A DNA stretch of 64,000 nucleotides, from NCBI GenBank assembly GCA_965205655.1, contig CBDBIJ010000042.1, positions 1-64,000 of the forward strand. The letters are read 5' to 3'. How positions within the stretch are numbered: the first letter of the stretch is position 1; the number at the start of each line of letters is the position of its first letter. The stretch is from Candidatus Latescibacterota bacterium. Its GTDB lineage: Bacteria > Latescibacterota > UBA2968 > UBA8231. Below, piece after piece: positions 20,678 through 31,871 of the stretch. Both the position numbers and the translations under genes were made by a program. Under the pieces are notes generated by a model, which saw only the letters and a list, made by a program, of their open reading frames with translations, ran no database searches and had not been told where the DNA came from.

Positions 20678-22621
20678 TTATCGCTGTGCTGTGGGCAGGA
20701 TGATCTCGAAGGTCGTCCCCTCGCCCTCTGCGGTGTGTGCTATTCTGATGTTGCCGCCGTGATACTCCTCCACGATGCGTCGTACGAAGGCCAGGCCCAG
20801 TCCCCATCCCCGCTTCTTCGTGCTGAATCCGGGTTCGAAAACACGGCCGACGTGATCGGCCTCGATGCCGCGCCCGTTGTCGGCGATCGTGAGCTGCACC
20901 GCCCGCTGCTCATCGACTGCCGTCACGTGCGCGTCTATTGCACCGTCCTTCTGGCCGATCGCGTCCATGGCGTTCTTGAACAGATTCTCGAAGGCCCATC
21001 CCAACAATTCGGTGTTTATCGGTACGGAGGGCACCGGACCCGAGGTGACACTGAAAGCGTGTCGGCCGAATTGGGGTCCGCGGTTCTTGAAGTAGCTGGC
21101 GGTCTCGTTGAGCACATCTGTCACGTCGCCTGGCTTCAATTCTGGAATCGAGCCGATCTGGGAAAAGCGGGAAGCGATCTGGTTGAGTCGCCCCATGTCT
21201 TTTTGCATCTCCCGCACGATCGCGTCCACAGATCCAACGTCGTCACTCGGACCATTTGCGACTGCGGAGGCCGCCCGGGTGTTCCCCTTTCCGGCTGCCA
21301 CCTGCCGCCGGACGCCCGCGAGGTCGGCCGGCGAGGTGCTCTTCTGCTCACCAACCCGACTCGCCATCAGCTCGAGCCAGCCTGAAAGGGAGGACAGCGG
21401 GGTGCCCAGCTGATGGGCCGTCTCCTTTGCCATGCCGACCCAGATGGAGCGCTGTTCGCTGCGGCGAATGTTCCGGAATCCGGCGTAGCCGATGAGGGCG
21501 AAAAGGAGCAGCACCCCGACCGTCACGAAGGGAGCTACTTCGATGCTGCCGATCAACTCCGAGTCACCGTAGTGGATGTATTTTTCCCTCTTTATTCGAA
21601 AGGTTTGTGGCGCTTGCGTTTGGGAGACCTCCTCAATCGCCGTCCTCAGACGCGCAGCGGCGGCGGCGCTCGTGTCGACCGCGGTCGGCATGTTCGTTCC
21701 GCCCCAGGCGAGGGCTTCGCCGAGGCTGTCTGCGATGACGAAGCGTGCGGCGTCGAGGTAGAGGTAGGTCAGCTTGGACGCCGGCAGCCGCACCGATCGA
21801 GGTGACGTCTGCTGTTGGAGTCGTGCCAGCTGATCGGAGACGGCCTTCGGAACAGCGACGATGCTCTCGAAAACCGGCAGGGACTCCCCCGCCCACAGCA
21901 ACGGCGTCGCCGAGTCATCGGCAATGATCAACCTGGCGCCATCGTAGTACAGGTTCGCCGAGACCACGGCCTGATCGAGAAAGCGGACCGGTTCGTTTAC
22001 AGCATCCATCTGGACGAGCAGATCCCTGAGTCGGCTCTGAGCCGCTGACGACGTGTCCGTCACTACGGGGACACCGGGGCCCTTGGCGCCTATGATGTTG
22101 CCCCATGCATCCGTGACGATCAGGGGGATAGTCACCTTGGGATCGTTGATGACCGTCTCGAAAATGAAGATCGCGTCCTCGTCCGGTAGCTTGTCGGAAA
22201 TGGCCAGGCCCCATACGTGAGCGTACAACTGAGCCCGGGTGCGCTCGTGGTCCTTGAATTCGGCTTTGACATGCTCGTTGTAGAGGAGAAAGACCATGAC
22301 GCCGACGATGCCGCTGAGGAAAATGAAGACCCGGAATATCGGTGACAGCCCCCACGAGGATAGTATTTCTGGCATCCGACGAGTTCGGGGCGAACCGCGC
22401 CTGATTCCGGTATCCGCATCCCCGTCTCTGCGTCCGGAACTTCGGCCACTGCTCGTCTCTCGGCCGGCACTTTCCGGCGATGTTGGTGGCGAAGTGGTCT
22501 CGGCGTCGCCGCCCTTCCTTCGACGGCGCCGCCTCACGGGGGTGTCGGAGGGGGGAAGCGGCTGATCGCGCTCGGTCATGTGCCGTTCGTCGGTTGTGCT
22601 CGCATTACGTTTCTGCTTCAT
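20678..22621 (-). CDS. Membrane sensor histidine kinase
   Basis: Two TM segments, H-box GMAKETAHQLGTPLSSL, NLFKNAMDA, DNGRG, FEPGFSTKKRGWGLGL; start may be 22579 or later. Confidence 0.92.
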   Translation of the reverse strand: MKQKRNASTTDERHMTERDQPLPPSDTPVRRRRRRKGGDAETTSPPTSPESAGRETSSGRSSGRRDGDADTGIRRGSPRTRRMPEILSSWGLSPIFRVFIFLSGIVGVMVFLLYNEHVKAEFKDHERTRAQLYAHVWGLAISDKLPDEDAIFIFETVINDPKVTIPLIVTDAWGNIIGAKGPGVPVVTDTSSAAQSRLRDLLVQMDAVNEPVRFLDQAVVSANLYYDGARLIIADDSATPLLWAGESLPVFESIVAVPKAVSDQLARLQQQTSPRSVRLPASKLTYLYLDAARFVIADSLGEALAWGGTNMPTAVDTSAAAAARLRTAIEEVSQTQAPQTFRIKREKYIHYGDSELIGSIEVAPFVTVGVLLLFALIGYAGFRNIRRSEQRSIWVGMAKETAHQLGTPLSSLSGWLELMASRVGEQKSTSPADLAGVRRQVAAGKGNTRAASAVANGPSDDVGSVDAIVREMQKDMGRLNQIASRFSQIGSIPELKPGDVTDVLNETASYFKNRGPQFGRHAFSVTSGPVPSVPINTELLGWAFENLFKNAMDAIGQKDGAIDAHVTAVDEQRAVQLTIADNGRGIEADHVGRVFEPGFSTKKRGWGLGLAFVRRIVEEYHGGNIRIAHTAEGEGTTFEIILPTAQR

Positions 22622-22691
22622 AAGTTAATAACTTTAACTTAACACTTGAGTCCGAACTGCGGCACTTTCCTTTTTTTGAAGCGATGGAGAC

Positions 22692-23678
22692 GTGACCATT
22701 ACACGGCCCTTGCGAATATCCCTCGTCGTCCAACTCGGCCTCGCGATGGCTCTCTCGGTCTCCAGGTCGAGCGCCGATGAGGCTAAAGTCGCCTCGCGTG
22801 AAGCGCCGCCAGAGTTCCGTATTTCCGATACCGGGGGGATTCAGCTGGACCGGCTCCTCCTGCTCGGCGGTAGCGGAGCCGCTCTCCATTACGTCGGTTT
22901 CAGGTACTTCGATAGGGCCTGGTATCAGGGGCAGAAACGCGACAGCATACGCTGGATCAACGACTGGTCGGGTGAAACCTATCTCGACATGGACAAGGGC
23001 GGACACTTCCTCGGTGGCCTCGTCCTGTCGGAATCTCTCACCGAGGCATACGGCTGGAGCGGGTTCGGACCCAGGACGGCCGCCACCCTCGGCACCATCA
23101 CCAGTTGGGCGGCTCTGCTGGAAATCGAAATGCGCGATGCCTACTACGACCAATGGGGATTCAGCATCCCCGATTTCGCCTTCAACACCGCCGGCGCTGC
23201 CGTGCCGCTCCTCTACGCCCTCGTGCCGGCAACTCGCTCTGTGCGTTTCAAGTTCAGTTACTGGCCGTCCCGCTTGTATCGCGGACGCGAGGAGCGATCC
23301 CGAGAGCCGGTCCGACCGCACACCGAATATGTGATAGACGACTATGAGGGTATGACGTTCTGGATGAGCTTCGCCGTAGACGAAGTCCTCCGAGGCAGGG
23401 CGGAAGAGCTCTGGCCCAACTGTCTGGGAATCGCCCTCGGGTATGGCGCCACCGGAATGCACGGCAGCAACGTGAAAAGCCGGGGCCGTCATCGCGAGTA
23501 CCAGGAGCTCCCGGACGCGCGGCCGGAAGTGTTTGTGGCCCTCGATTACGATCTGCGTCAGCTGCCGGGGGAGGGACGGCTCTGGCGGTCACTGAAGCGT
23601 CAGCTCAATTGGATTCACCTGCCCGCACCTACACTCCGTATCTATCCCGACCTGCGGCTGTATTTCCTCTATATGTAG
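22692..23678 (+). CDS. DUF2279/YfiM-like protein
   Basis: MDKGGH, LLEIEMRDAY..WGFSIPDFAFN, IDDYEGMTFW, EVFVALDYD. Confidence 0.7.
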   Translation: MTITRPLRISLVVQLGLAMALSVSRSSADEAKVASREAPPEFRISDTGGIQLDRLLLLGGSGAALHYVGFRYFDRAWYQGQKRDSIRWINDWSGETYLDMDKGGHFLGGLVLSESLTEAYGWSGFGPRTAATLGTITSWAALLEIEMRDAYYDQWGFSIPDFAFNTAGAAVPLLYALVPATRSVRFKFSYWPSRLYRGREERSREPVRPHTEYVIDDYEGMTFWMSFAVDEVLRGRAEELWPNCLGIALGYGATGMHGSNVKSRGRHREYQELPDARPEVFVALDYDLRQLPGEGRLWRSLKRQLNWIHLPAPTLRIYPDLRLYFLYM

Positions 23679-23732
23679 TTGATGGAGCCGGGCGCAGTGT
23701 GCCTGGCGGCGCGCTGGCCGGGGAAGCTGTCG

Positions 23733-24890
23733 CTACTGCAGGAGAGAGAGGATACGCTCGATATCGGTATCCGCCTCGGCGGCGATGCTCGTCGCCACCT
23801 GCGACAGGATTTGGGAGCGGGACATCGCCGTAACCGCTTTCGCCACGTCCAACTCGCGGATTGCCGATTCCGTACTTCTCATTCGCTCGAGCACGTTGGC
23901 GCTGGTTTCGATCGTCAGCTGCAGCCGGTTCTGAAATGCACCGATCCTGTTGCGCTCCTCTATGACCTGGCGCTGAACGTGGTTGAGGCGCGTGAGCGCT
24001 CGCTGCGCGTCCGCCACTGTGATGACGGACAGTTCACTCAGATTGAGCGTCGGACCGGAGGCTCGCATGTCGGCGATCGCGATCCGGCTGACGTCGTTGC
24101 TCGTCTCGGCCGGTCCGAACTGGAAGGTGAAATCCTCCTTCCCCTCGATGATGATGTTCTTGTCGTTCAGATCGCCGCTGGAATACTGCCCTCGACCGGT
24201 GGCCTCACCACCGGAAATTGTCACCTCAAGGCCGAGCTCACCGAATCTGAGAACCTCGAAGCTGCCCGCTGCCAGTGCGGCGGTGTCCTCTACCAGGGTC
24301 TCAACTGCCACGGTCTGCGAGATCTCGCCGTTTCCGAGCGTGACGGTGCCGTCACCGCCGTCGGTGAATGTGTAGGTTCCAGGAGCAGCCCCGGTGACTC
24401 GGATCCGCGTCACCCCGGTCTCCACCGTATCGGCCACCGCTGTCGAGCCACTGTCGACGATGGCGATGAACCCGGTGAGCAGGTGCTTGCCGTTGTAGGT
24501 TGTGGCGCCGGCGATGCGGTCGATCTCCTGTTTGAGTTGGGCTATCTCCGAATTGATGGTCCGTCGGTCTTGATCGTTGAAGACGTTCGAGGCGGCTTCC
24601 ATGGCCAGACTCTGCATGCGCCGTACCATGTCGCCTATTCCGCTCAGGGAACCGTCGGCCACCTGCAGCAGCGAAAAAGTCTGCTGAATGTTCCGGGTCC
24701 CTTCCGTGATGGCGCGAACCTCGGCGTTGATCCCGTCCGCCAGGGCGAGACTTGCAGGGTCGTCGCTTGGGCGCTCCACCCGCTGACCCGAAGACAGATG
24801 CCGGATCTGCTTCGAGGCGTCAGCGTGGTGAACGGCGAGATCGCGGTGGATGTACTTGAGCTGAACATTGTGATTGAGACGGGCGGGCAT
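23733..24890 (-). CDS. fliC: Flagellin (divergent, orphan)
   Basis: LSSGQRV..PSDDPASLA, LLQVADGSL, EIDRIAGATTYNG, R.RIGAFQNRL, ESAIRELD, ILSLLQ. Confidence 0.88.
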   Translation of the reverse strand: MPARLNHNVQLKYIHRDLAVHHADASKQIRHLSSGQRVERPSDDPASLALADGINAEVRAITEGTRNIQQTFSLLQVADGSLSGIGDMVRRMQSLAMEAASNVFNDQDRRTINSEIAQLKQEIDRIAGATTYNGKHLLTGFIAIVDSGSTAVADTVETGVTRIRVTGAAPGTYTFTDGGDGTVTLGNGEISQTVAVETLVEDTAALAAGSFEVLRFGELGLEVTISGGEATGRGQYSSGDLNDKNIIIEGKEDFTFQFGPAETSNDVSRIAIADMRASGPTLNLSELSVITVADAQRALTRLNHVQRQVIEERNRIGAFQNRLQLTIETSANVLERMRSTESAIRELDVAKAVTAMSRSQILSQVATSIAAEADTDIERILSLLQ

Positions 24891-25121
24891 AGTCTTCTAC
24901 TTCCTCGAGGAATCTGCGGCCGGATTGGTCCGCCCCTGCCCGAGCAAAGGCTATACCACCTCTCTAGGATCGTGCGATCTGACCCTCGAGGTCAGTTAAT
25001 CTGCTTTAATTTCAACTAGTTATGAAGATCGGCCCTGATGCGGACGTGCAGCCGTGAAGACGGAAGGCGCGGGAGTATTTTCTGGACCGGAAGAAATGGA
25101 GTGAAGCGGGGGGAAAGATGC

Positions 25122-25610
25122 TCAGGTCTGAGCGACCTGAGCTTTTTCCGATCGCGGGCCATCCGCGAGCTGGGTCGCCTCTTCGAGGGCGCGCTGTTGA
25201 CTGTCCATATGCAGGACGGCGGCCTCGCGCTTTTGCGGCTCTTTCACCTCGTCGGCGGTCTCCATAGCGCAGCTGCCGTGGAAGACAGCTCCCTCAGAGA
25301 CCGACAGGGCGCCGGTGTACACATCGCCGATAAAGCGGGCTTGACTGTCCAATCTGACCTTCTCGGCACGTACCGTGCCACGGACAATACCGTTGATGTA
25401 AATGTCTTTTCCCTCGAGGTGGGCATAGGCCTCTCCGGACTGGCTTATCGTCAGTGCCCCCGAACAGGACAGTTCACCCTTGAAGGTGCCATCTATGCGC
25501 ACGCTGTTGTCCACCTTCATCGTCCCCTCGAATATTGTCGCTCGCCCGATAATGGTGTTGAGGGTCTGTCCACCGCTGTTTACCGCACCGTTTTCCCGTT
25601 TGCCGAGCAT
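25122..25610 (-). CDS. Bactofilin (polymer-forming cytoskeletal protein)
   Basis: TIIGRATIFEG..VRIDGTFKGEL..INGIVRGTV..GAVFHGSC beta-helix pattern. Confidence 0.88.
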   Translation of the reverse strand: MLGKRENGAVNSGGQTLNTIIGRATIFEGTMKVDNSVRIDGTFKGELSCSGALTISQSGEAYAHLEGKDIYINGIVRGTVRAEKVRLDSQARFIGDVYTGALSVSEGAVFHGSCAMETADEVKEPQKREAAVLHMDSQQRALEEATQLADGPRSEKAQVAQT

Positions 25611-25676
25611 CGCGTTTTCGCCTTATCTCTTTGTGATAGTAAGCCGTGGTAAATCCATAGGTTACGAAAACCACTC

Positions 25677-25705
25677 AATATACCTTCTCGACCTGGGGCA
25701 CGCAA
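25677..25705 (-). promoter_or_regulatory. Putative sigma70 promoter for the bactofilin gene
   Basis: Minus strand TTGCGT-N17-TATATT. Confidence 0.55.
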
Positions 25706-25759
25706 CAAAAAAGGTGGTCAGGAGCTGTTTTCTGACCCTTCCACCGATGCGCTGCCGCG

Positions 25760-26950
25760 TCACTTCTTTCCTTTCTTTTTTCTCTTCCCTTTGTCGTCAG
25801 CTGCCAGCGCCTTCTTGACTTCTTCTTCCTCCTGGAGCTGCTCGACGAGGACCATCACGGCGGCACTCGTGGCATCCTCGACAGCGGTCGTGTCGATCAC
25901 TGGGATATTCTCCTCCACACTGCGCTCCACGATGTGCTCCTGGATCGTGAGAATGCCATCCATATTCGAGAGGTACTGGTGGGCCGGGCGATTTGGAGCT
26001 TCAGCTTCCCGCTTTGTGAAGCGGCCCTCCAGATCCTCCCGGTCGCTGACCACCAGGCTCAGGGAAGACACGAACGCCTTGTCCTCGAGAATCGAGGTGT
26101 CCCCCATTCCCGGAACCAAGTGGACGCCGTCGATGATGACGGACGTGTTCTCCTCGACGCAGCGGCTCAGGATGGCCTGGATGCCGACACCGACGATTCT
26201 GGCCTGCTCGCGAAACCCGGCGATGAGCGGATCGAGAGCCCCGTCTTCGGATGCGCGTGCGGTGGCTTCGGCCGCATAGGATGAGGTGTGGATCGTGGGC
26301 AGGAACTCGGGTGCGAGGGTGAGACGCATGATCTGGCGAATATCGTCTGTGGCTACGACTCTGGGGATTCCCAGCAGATGGGCCAGATTGATCGCCAGGG
26401 TGGTCTTGCCGACGCCGCTCGCACCGCCGATGAGAACGACGAGGGGTTTGTCCAGGTCGTTCAACGCGCGCCACACGCTGTATCGCTCCGCGTAGGAAGG
26501 CTCGTGTCTTTCGGCCAGCAGCGCCGCGGCGAGCCCTTCGAGCTCCTCGTCGGTGATCTCACTGCGGCGCTCGGCGATCAGCTGCTCCTCGATCTTTCGC
26601 GCCACCTCGTACGCCTCCTCGGTCTGCAGCCCGGACGCCTGGAGGGAGTGCGACAGAATCTCCTTCGAAAACGGTTGCTTGCTCTTGCCCCGACGAACCG
26701 AGACTGCGGTAGGCGTCGGTTCCCAGAAGACGAGATCGCTGACGGTGCGACCGCATTGCTCTTTGAGGAGCTCGTCGATGAGCACGAGAACCTCCTCGCG
26801 GTCCACGTCCTGCCTTTGTCGCAATGCGCTGCGCACAGTGTCCGCCAGCTCGTAGGCCTCGTCGTGATCGAAGCCGCGCTGAATGAGGTGGTGCACGAGC
26901 ATTCCCCTCATGAAGGGAATGCGTTTCTTACCGTCGACGATGGTGGCCAT
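25760..26950 (-). CDS. 2-phosphoglycerate kinase-like P-loop kinase with two ATP-cone-like domains
   Basis: PFMRGML and PFSKEIL cone-like starts; VLIGGASGVGKTT, VVATDDIRQIMR, IHTSSY, IIDGVHLVPG. Confidence 0.8.
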   Translation of the reverse strand: MATIVDGKKRIPFMRGMLVHHLIQRGFDHDEAYELADTVRSALRQRQDVDREEVLVLIDELLKEQCGRTVSDLVFWEPTPTAVSVRRGKSKQPFSKEILSHSLQASGLQTEEAYEVARKIEEQLIAERRSEITDEELEGLAAALLAERHEPSYAERYSVWRALNDLDKPLVVLIGGASGVGKTTLAINLAHLLGIPRVVATDDIRQIMRLTLAPEFLPTIHTSSYAAEATARASEDGALDPLIAGFREQARIVGVGIQAILSRCVEENTSVIIDGVHLVPGMGDTSILEDKAFVSSLSLVVSDREDLEGRFTKREAEAPNRPAHQYLSNMDGILTIQEHIVERSVEENIPVIDTTAVEDATSAAVMVLVEQLQEEEEVKKALAADDKGKRKKKGKK

Positions 26951-27183
26951 GAGTCAGTACCGCGCGCCAGGTTCGAGGGGCCAAAAAACGCCGTAAAGGC
27001 TTGTCTTGTCTGTAAATGTACCACTTTGCTCCAATCTTGAGCAAGCGTTTGGATGTCCTGCGCGTCGTGCGCTGGGCTCGATTTGCCCAACGATCTTTGA
27101 ATCGAGATATTAGCCGACACCGTGCGGTGAGTGTGTGTGTGTACGGCGAGGAGCGTTTCCCGCTACCAAAGGAGTTGATGAGC

Positions 27184-28320
27184 ATGGCTAATCCTCTTGT
27201 CGAGTTGCAGGAGTTCGGCCAGAGCGTCTGGTACGACACCATCCGTCGAGGCATGATTACTTCCGGAGAGATTGAGCGCCTCATCGTCGAAGATGGCCTC
27301 AGAGGGATGACCTCCAACCCCGCCATCTTCGAGAAGGCGATCGCCGGATCGCAGGATTACACGAACGCCCTGCGGCAGTTAGCGGGCTCTGGCCGCTCTG
27401 CAATCGAGATCTACGAGACAATCGCCATCCAGGACATACAATGGGCAGCCGACGTTCTGTGGAGGGTGTACGAAAACACCGACGGACGGGACGGTTACAT
27501 CTCACTCGAAGTTTCTCCTCACCTCGCCGACGACACGAAGGCGACGGTCGACGAAGCCCTGCGACTGGCCGGAGACGTGGGGCGCAGGAATCTGATGGTG
27601 AAAGTACCCGGCACCGCCGCGGGCCTACCGGCCATCGAGCAGCTCATCGGCGAGGGCCTCAACATCAACATCACGCTACTGTTCGCGGTGGACAACTACG
27701 TCGACGTCGCCCATGCCTACATGGCCGGTCTCGAGCAGTTCGCCTCCCGCGGGGGGAGCCTCTCCGAGGTGGCGAGTGTCGCCAGCTTCTTCGTCAGCCG
27801 CATCGACAGCATGATAGACGGCCGCATTGCACAGCGGCTCGGTGAGGTCGACAGCGCCGCTGAGCGCCTCGGCCTGCGCGGCCTGCGCGGACAAGTCGCC
27901 ATCGCCAATGCCAAAATGGCCTACATGCGCTACAAGGAGCTGACTGCCTCCGAACGCTGGCAGCGGCTGGCGGCGCAGGGAGCGCAGACGCAACGCCTCC
28001 TCTGGGCCAGCACCAGCACCAAGAATCCGGACTACCGCGACGTGATGTACGTCGAGGAGCTCATCGGCTCAGACACGGTGAACACGATGCCTGAAATCAC
28101 CCTCAACGGCTTCCGGGATCACGGTGTCGTGCGCACGACACTCGATGAGGGGCTCGACGAAGCCGCCGATGTCATGGCAGCTCTGGAGGAATTGGGCATC
28201 TCCATGAAGGCGGTTACCGACCAGCTCCAGGAGGATGCAGTGAAACTGTTCGTCGAACCCTTCGACAAGCTCCTGGGTACCATCGAGGCTCAGTGCGAGG
28301 CCGTGCCGAAGCGAGCCTGA
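27184..28320 (+). CDS. tal: Transaldolase
   Basis: GQSVWYD, GMTSNPAIF, SLEVSP, VKVPGT, NINITLLF, ASFFVSRID, LWASTSTKNP; SD AAGGAG upstream. Confidence 0.95.
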   Translation: MANPLVELQEFGQSVWYDTIRRGMITSGEIERLIVEDGLRGMTSNPAIFEKAIAGSQDYTNALRQLAGSGRSAIEIYETIAIQDIQWAADVLWRVYENTDGRDGYISLEVSPHLADDTKATVDEALRLAGDVGRRNLMVKVPGTAAGLPAIEQLIGEGLNINITLLFAVDNYVDVAHAYMAGLEQFASRGGSLSEVASVASFFVSRIDSMIDGRIAQRLGEVDSAAERLGLRGLRGQVAIANAKMAYMRYKELTASERWQRLAAQGAQTQRLLWASTSTKNPDYRDVMYVEELIGSDTVNTMPEITLNGFRDHGVVRTTLDEGLDEAADVMAALEELGISMKAVTDQLQEDAVKLFVEPFDKLLGTIEAQCEAVPKRA

Positions 28321-28350
28321 TTCGCCTCCCTTCCATGCGTCGCTGAAGCC

Positions 28351-29865
<1,515 letters not shown>

Positions 29866-29901
29866 GACTGCTGTATCCCGGGCGCTGAGCGCCCGTTTTC
29901 T

Positions 29902-30453
29902 ATGACGACGCCAACCACAGAGCAACATGACCGAGCCGCTGGCATCCGTCTGCTGCTGATGGACGTAGACGGTGTCTGGACCGATGGCAGCCTGTTCTAC
30001 ATCCCCGGACCCGACGGTGAGATCGTGGAGTTCAAGTGGTCGAACGCCCAGGATGGCATGGCCCTGCGCTGGTTCCACGGTGCCGGTTTGCAGAGCGGCA
30101 TCATCAGCGGCCGGGACGCACCCGGCATCACTCACCGCGCCGAGATGCTGGGAGTGACCTACATCTACCAGGGCCATCTGGAGAAGGTCGCCCCGTACGA
30201 AGAGATCTGCGAGGAGGCAGACGTGGAGGATCGGGAGGTAGCCTACATCGGCGACGACCTGCCCGATGCCCCGCTCATCCGGCGCGTCGGTCTGGGTGTC
30301 GCCGTAGACAACGCCAGACCGGAGGTCAAAGAGTGCGCCGATTACGTGACGGCGGCGGCCGGAGGGTCAGGTGCGATTCGGGAGGTTGTCGAGCTGATCC
30401 TCTCTGCCCGGGGCATCTGGCGGGAAATCCTCGACCGCTATGACGTTCTGTAG
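29902..30453 (+). CDS. kdsC: KdsC-like HAD phosphatase
   Basis: DVDGVWTDG, IISGR, YIGDDLPD, GG.GAIREVVELIL. Confidence 0.88.
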   Translation: MTTPTTEQHDRAAGIRLLLMDVDGVWTDGSLFYIPGPDGEIVEFKWSNAQDGMALRWFHGAGLQSGIISGRDAPGITHRAEMLGVTYIYQGHLEKVAPYEEICEEADVEDREVAYIGDDLPDAPLIRRVGLGVAVDNARPEVKECADYVTAAAGGSGAIREVVELILSARGIWREILDRYDVL

Positions 30454-30495
30454 CGACCGCCACGAACTTCTGTAGCGTCGGTTTAGCTCCACGGG

Positions 30496-31871
30496 GAGCT
30501 ATAATCAGAAGGTGTGGAAATAGACAGACGGCGATCCTACCCTTCCTTTGTAATTAGCCATCACAAACGCCGGGGCTATCCCGGCAGGAAGAGGAGAATC
30601 GCCATGGCACAACCTAAGCCGAGCACGACGGAAATGTCCATGCCCACGTTCGAAACGCTGGAAGAGTGGACACGCTCGCAGATTCAGTCGCTGATGCAGT
30701 CGGTTCTGGATGAAGAAGTCACCCATGCGCTGGGACGGTCACGGTACGAGCGACAGGCACCGTTGGACGCAGCCGGCGGCTACCGCAATGGGTACGGGAA
30801 GCGGCGGCGACTGTCCTTGACCTCGGGCACGATCGAGGTGAAACGCCCTCGGGTGCGGGGTCTGGAAGAGCGATTTGAGAGTGCGGTACTGCCGCTGTTC
30901 GCCCGGCGCACCCAAGAAACAGGTCAGCTGCTGCCAGAGCTTTACCTGCACGGTTTGTCTCAGGGCGACTTCGAGCTGGCGCTGCGCGGCCTGCTGGGCA
31001 AGGGAGCGCCTTTGTCGGCGTCCTCGATCGCTCGTTTGCGTGAGAAGTGGATCGTCGAATACAACGCCTGGCGCAGCCGACGACTGGATGACCGCGAGCT
31101 CGTCTACGCCTGGGCGGACGGGATCTACGTCAAAGCCGGTCTTGAGAAGCAAAAAGCCGCTCTCCTGGTGGTCATCGGCGCGATGAGCGATGGGCGCAAA
31201 GAAGTCCTGACGATTGTCCCGGGCTATCGCGAATCGACAGAGTCGTGGGCGGGCGTACTGCGCGATCTGCGTGACCGCGGACTGAGCGTGGCGAAGTTGT
31301 TGGTGGCGGATGGGCACCTGGGTATCTGGGCGGCCCTGGCAGAGGTCTGGCCGGAGACGGCTGAACAGCGATGCTGGAATCACCGCATCCTGAACGTGCT
31401 GGATAAGCTGCCAAAACGCGTGCAGGTCGAAGGGCGGCACCTGCTGACACAGATCCCGTACGCGCCGACCCGTCAGGAAGCGACGAAACGTCGCGATCAA
31501 TTCGCCAAACGGTTTCGCCGCGAGTGTCCAGACGCCGTCGATATCCTTGAGCGCGATTGGGACCGTATGGTGACATTCTACGACTTTCCCGAGGCCCACT
31601 GGCAACACCTGCGCACCACCAACGTCGTCGAAAGTCCCTTCGCTTCGGTACGGTTGCGAACCAATGCGGCCAAACGATACAGGAAGGTGGCCAATGCCAC
31701 CGCCCTCATTTGGCGGGTACTGATGGTGGCCGAGAAACGATTCCGGCGACTCAATGCACCGCATCTCATGGCTGACGTCTACGCCGGGGAGTGCTACGAA
31801 AACGGATCACCCATCGCGCAAAGGAAGAAGATCGCCGCCTGAGTCGTTTACACACCATTTGACCCTAGCTC
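30496..31871 (+). mobile_element. Complete IS256-family insertion sequence (1376 bp)
   Basis: Imperfect IRs GAGCTATAATCAGAAGGTGTGGAAA / GAGCTAGGGTCAAATGGTGTGTAAA; 8-bp direct repeat TCCACGGG at 30488-30495 and 31872-31879. Confidence 0.92.
30604..31842 (+). CDS. IS256 family transposase
   Basis: YRNGY, LYLHGLS, WADGIY, LVADG, QRCWNH, LRTTNVVES; ATG 30604 follows GAGGAG. Confidence 0.93.
   Translation: MAQPKPSTTEMSMPTFETLEEWTRSQIQSLMQSVLDEEVTHALGRSRYERQAPLDAAGGYRNGYGKRRRLSLTSGTIEVKRPRVRGLEERFESAVLPLFARRTQETGQLLPELYLHGLSQGDFELALRGLLGKGAPLSASSIARLREKWIVEYNAWRSRRLDDRELVYAWADGIYVKAGLEKQKAALLVVIGAMSDGRKEVLTIVPGYRESTESWAGVLRDLRDRGLSVAKLLVADGHLGIWAALAEVWPETAEQRCWNHRILNVLDKLPKRVQVEGRHLLTQIPYAPTRQEATKRRDQFAKRFRRECPDAVDILERDWDRMVTFYDFPEAHWQHLRTTNVVESPFASVRLRTNAAKRYRKVANATALIWRVLMVAEKRFRRLNAPHLMADVYAGECYENGSPIAQRKKIAA

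Noticed and set aside
23679..25019. 446-aa ORF antisense to flagellin, and other long antisense ORFs such as 403..1905, 28069..29529, 36433..37629 and 61631..62794
   Set aside because: Shadow ORFs expected from high-GC codon bias; no recognisable domains.
27131..27142. (GT)6 tract upstream of tal
   Set aside because: Short, with no evidence of phase variation; compatible with chance.
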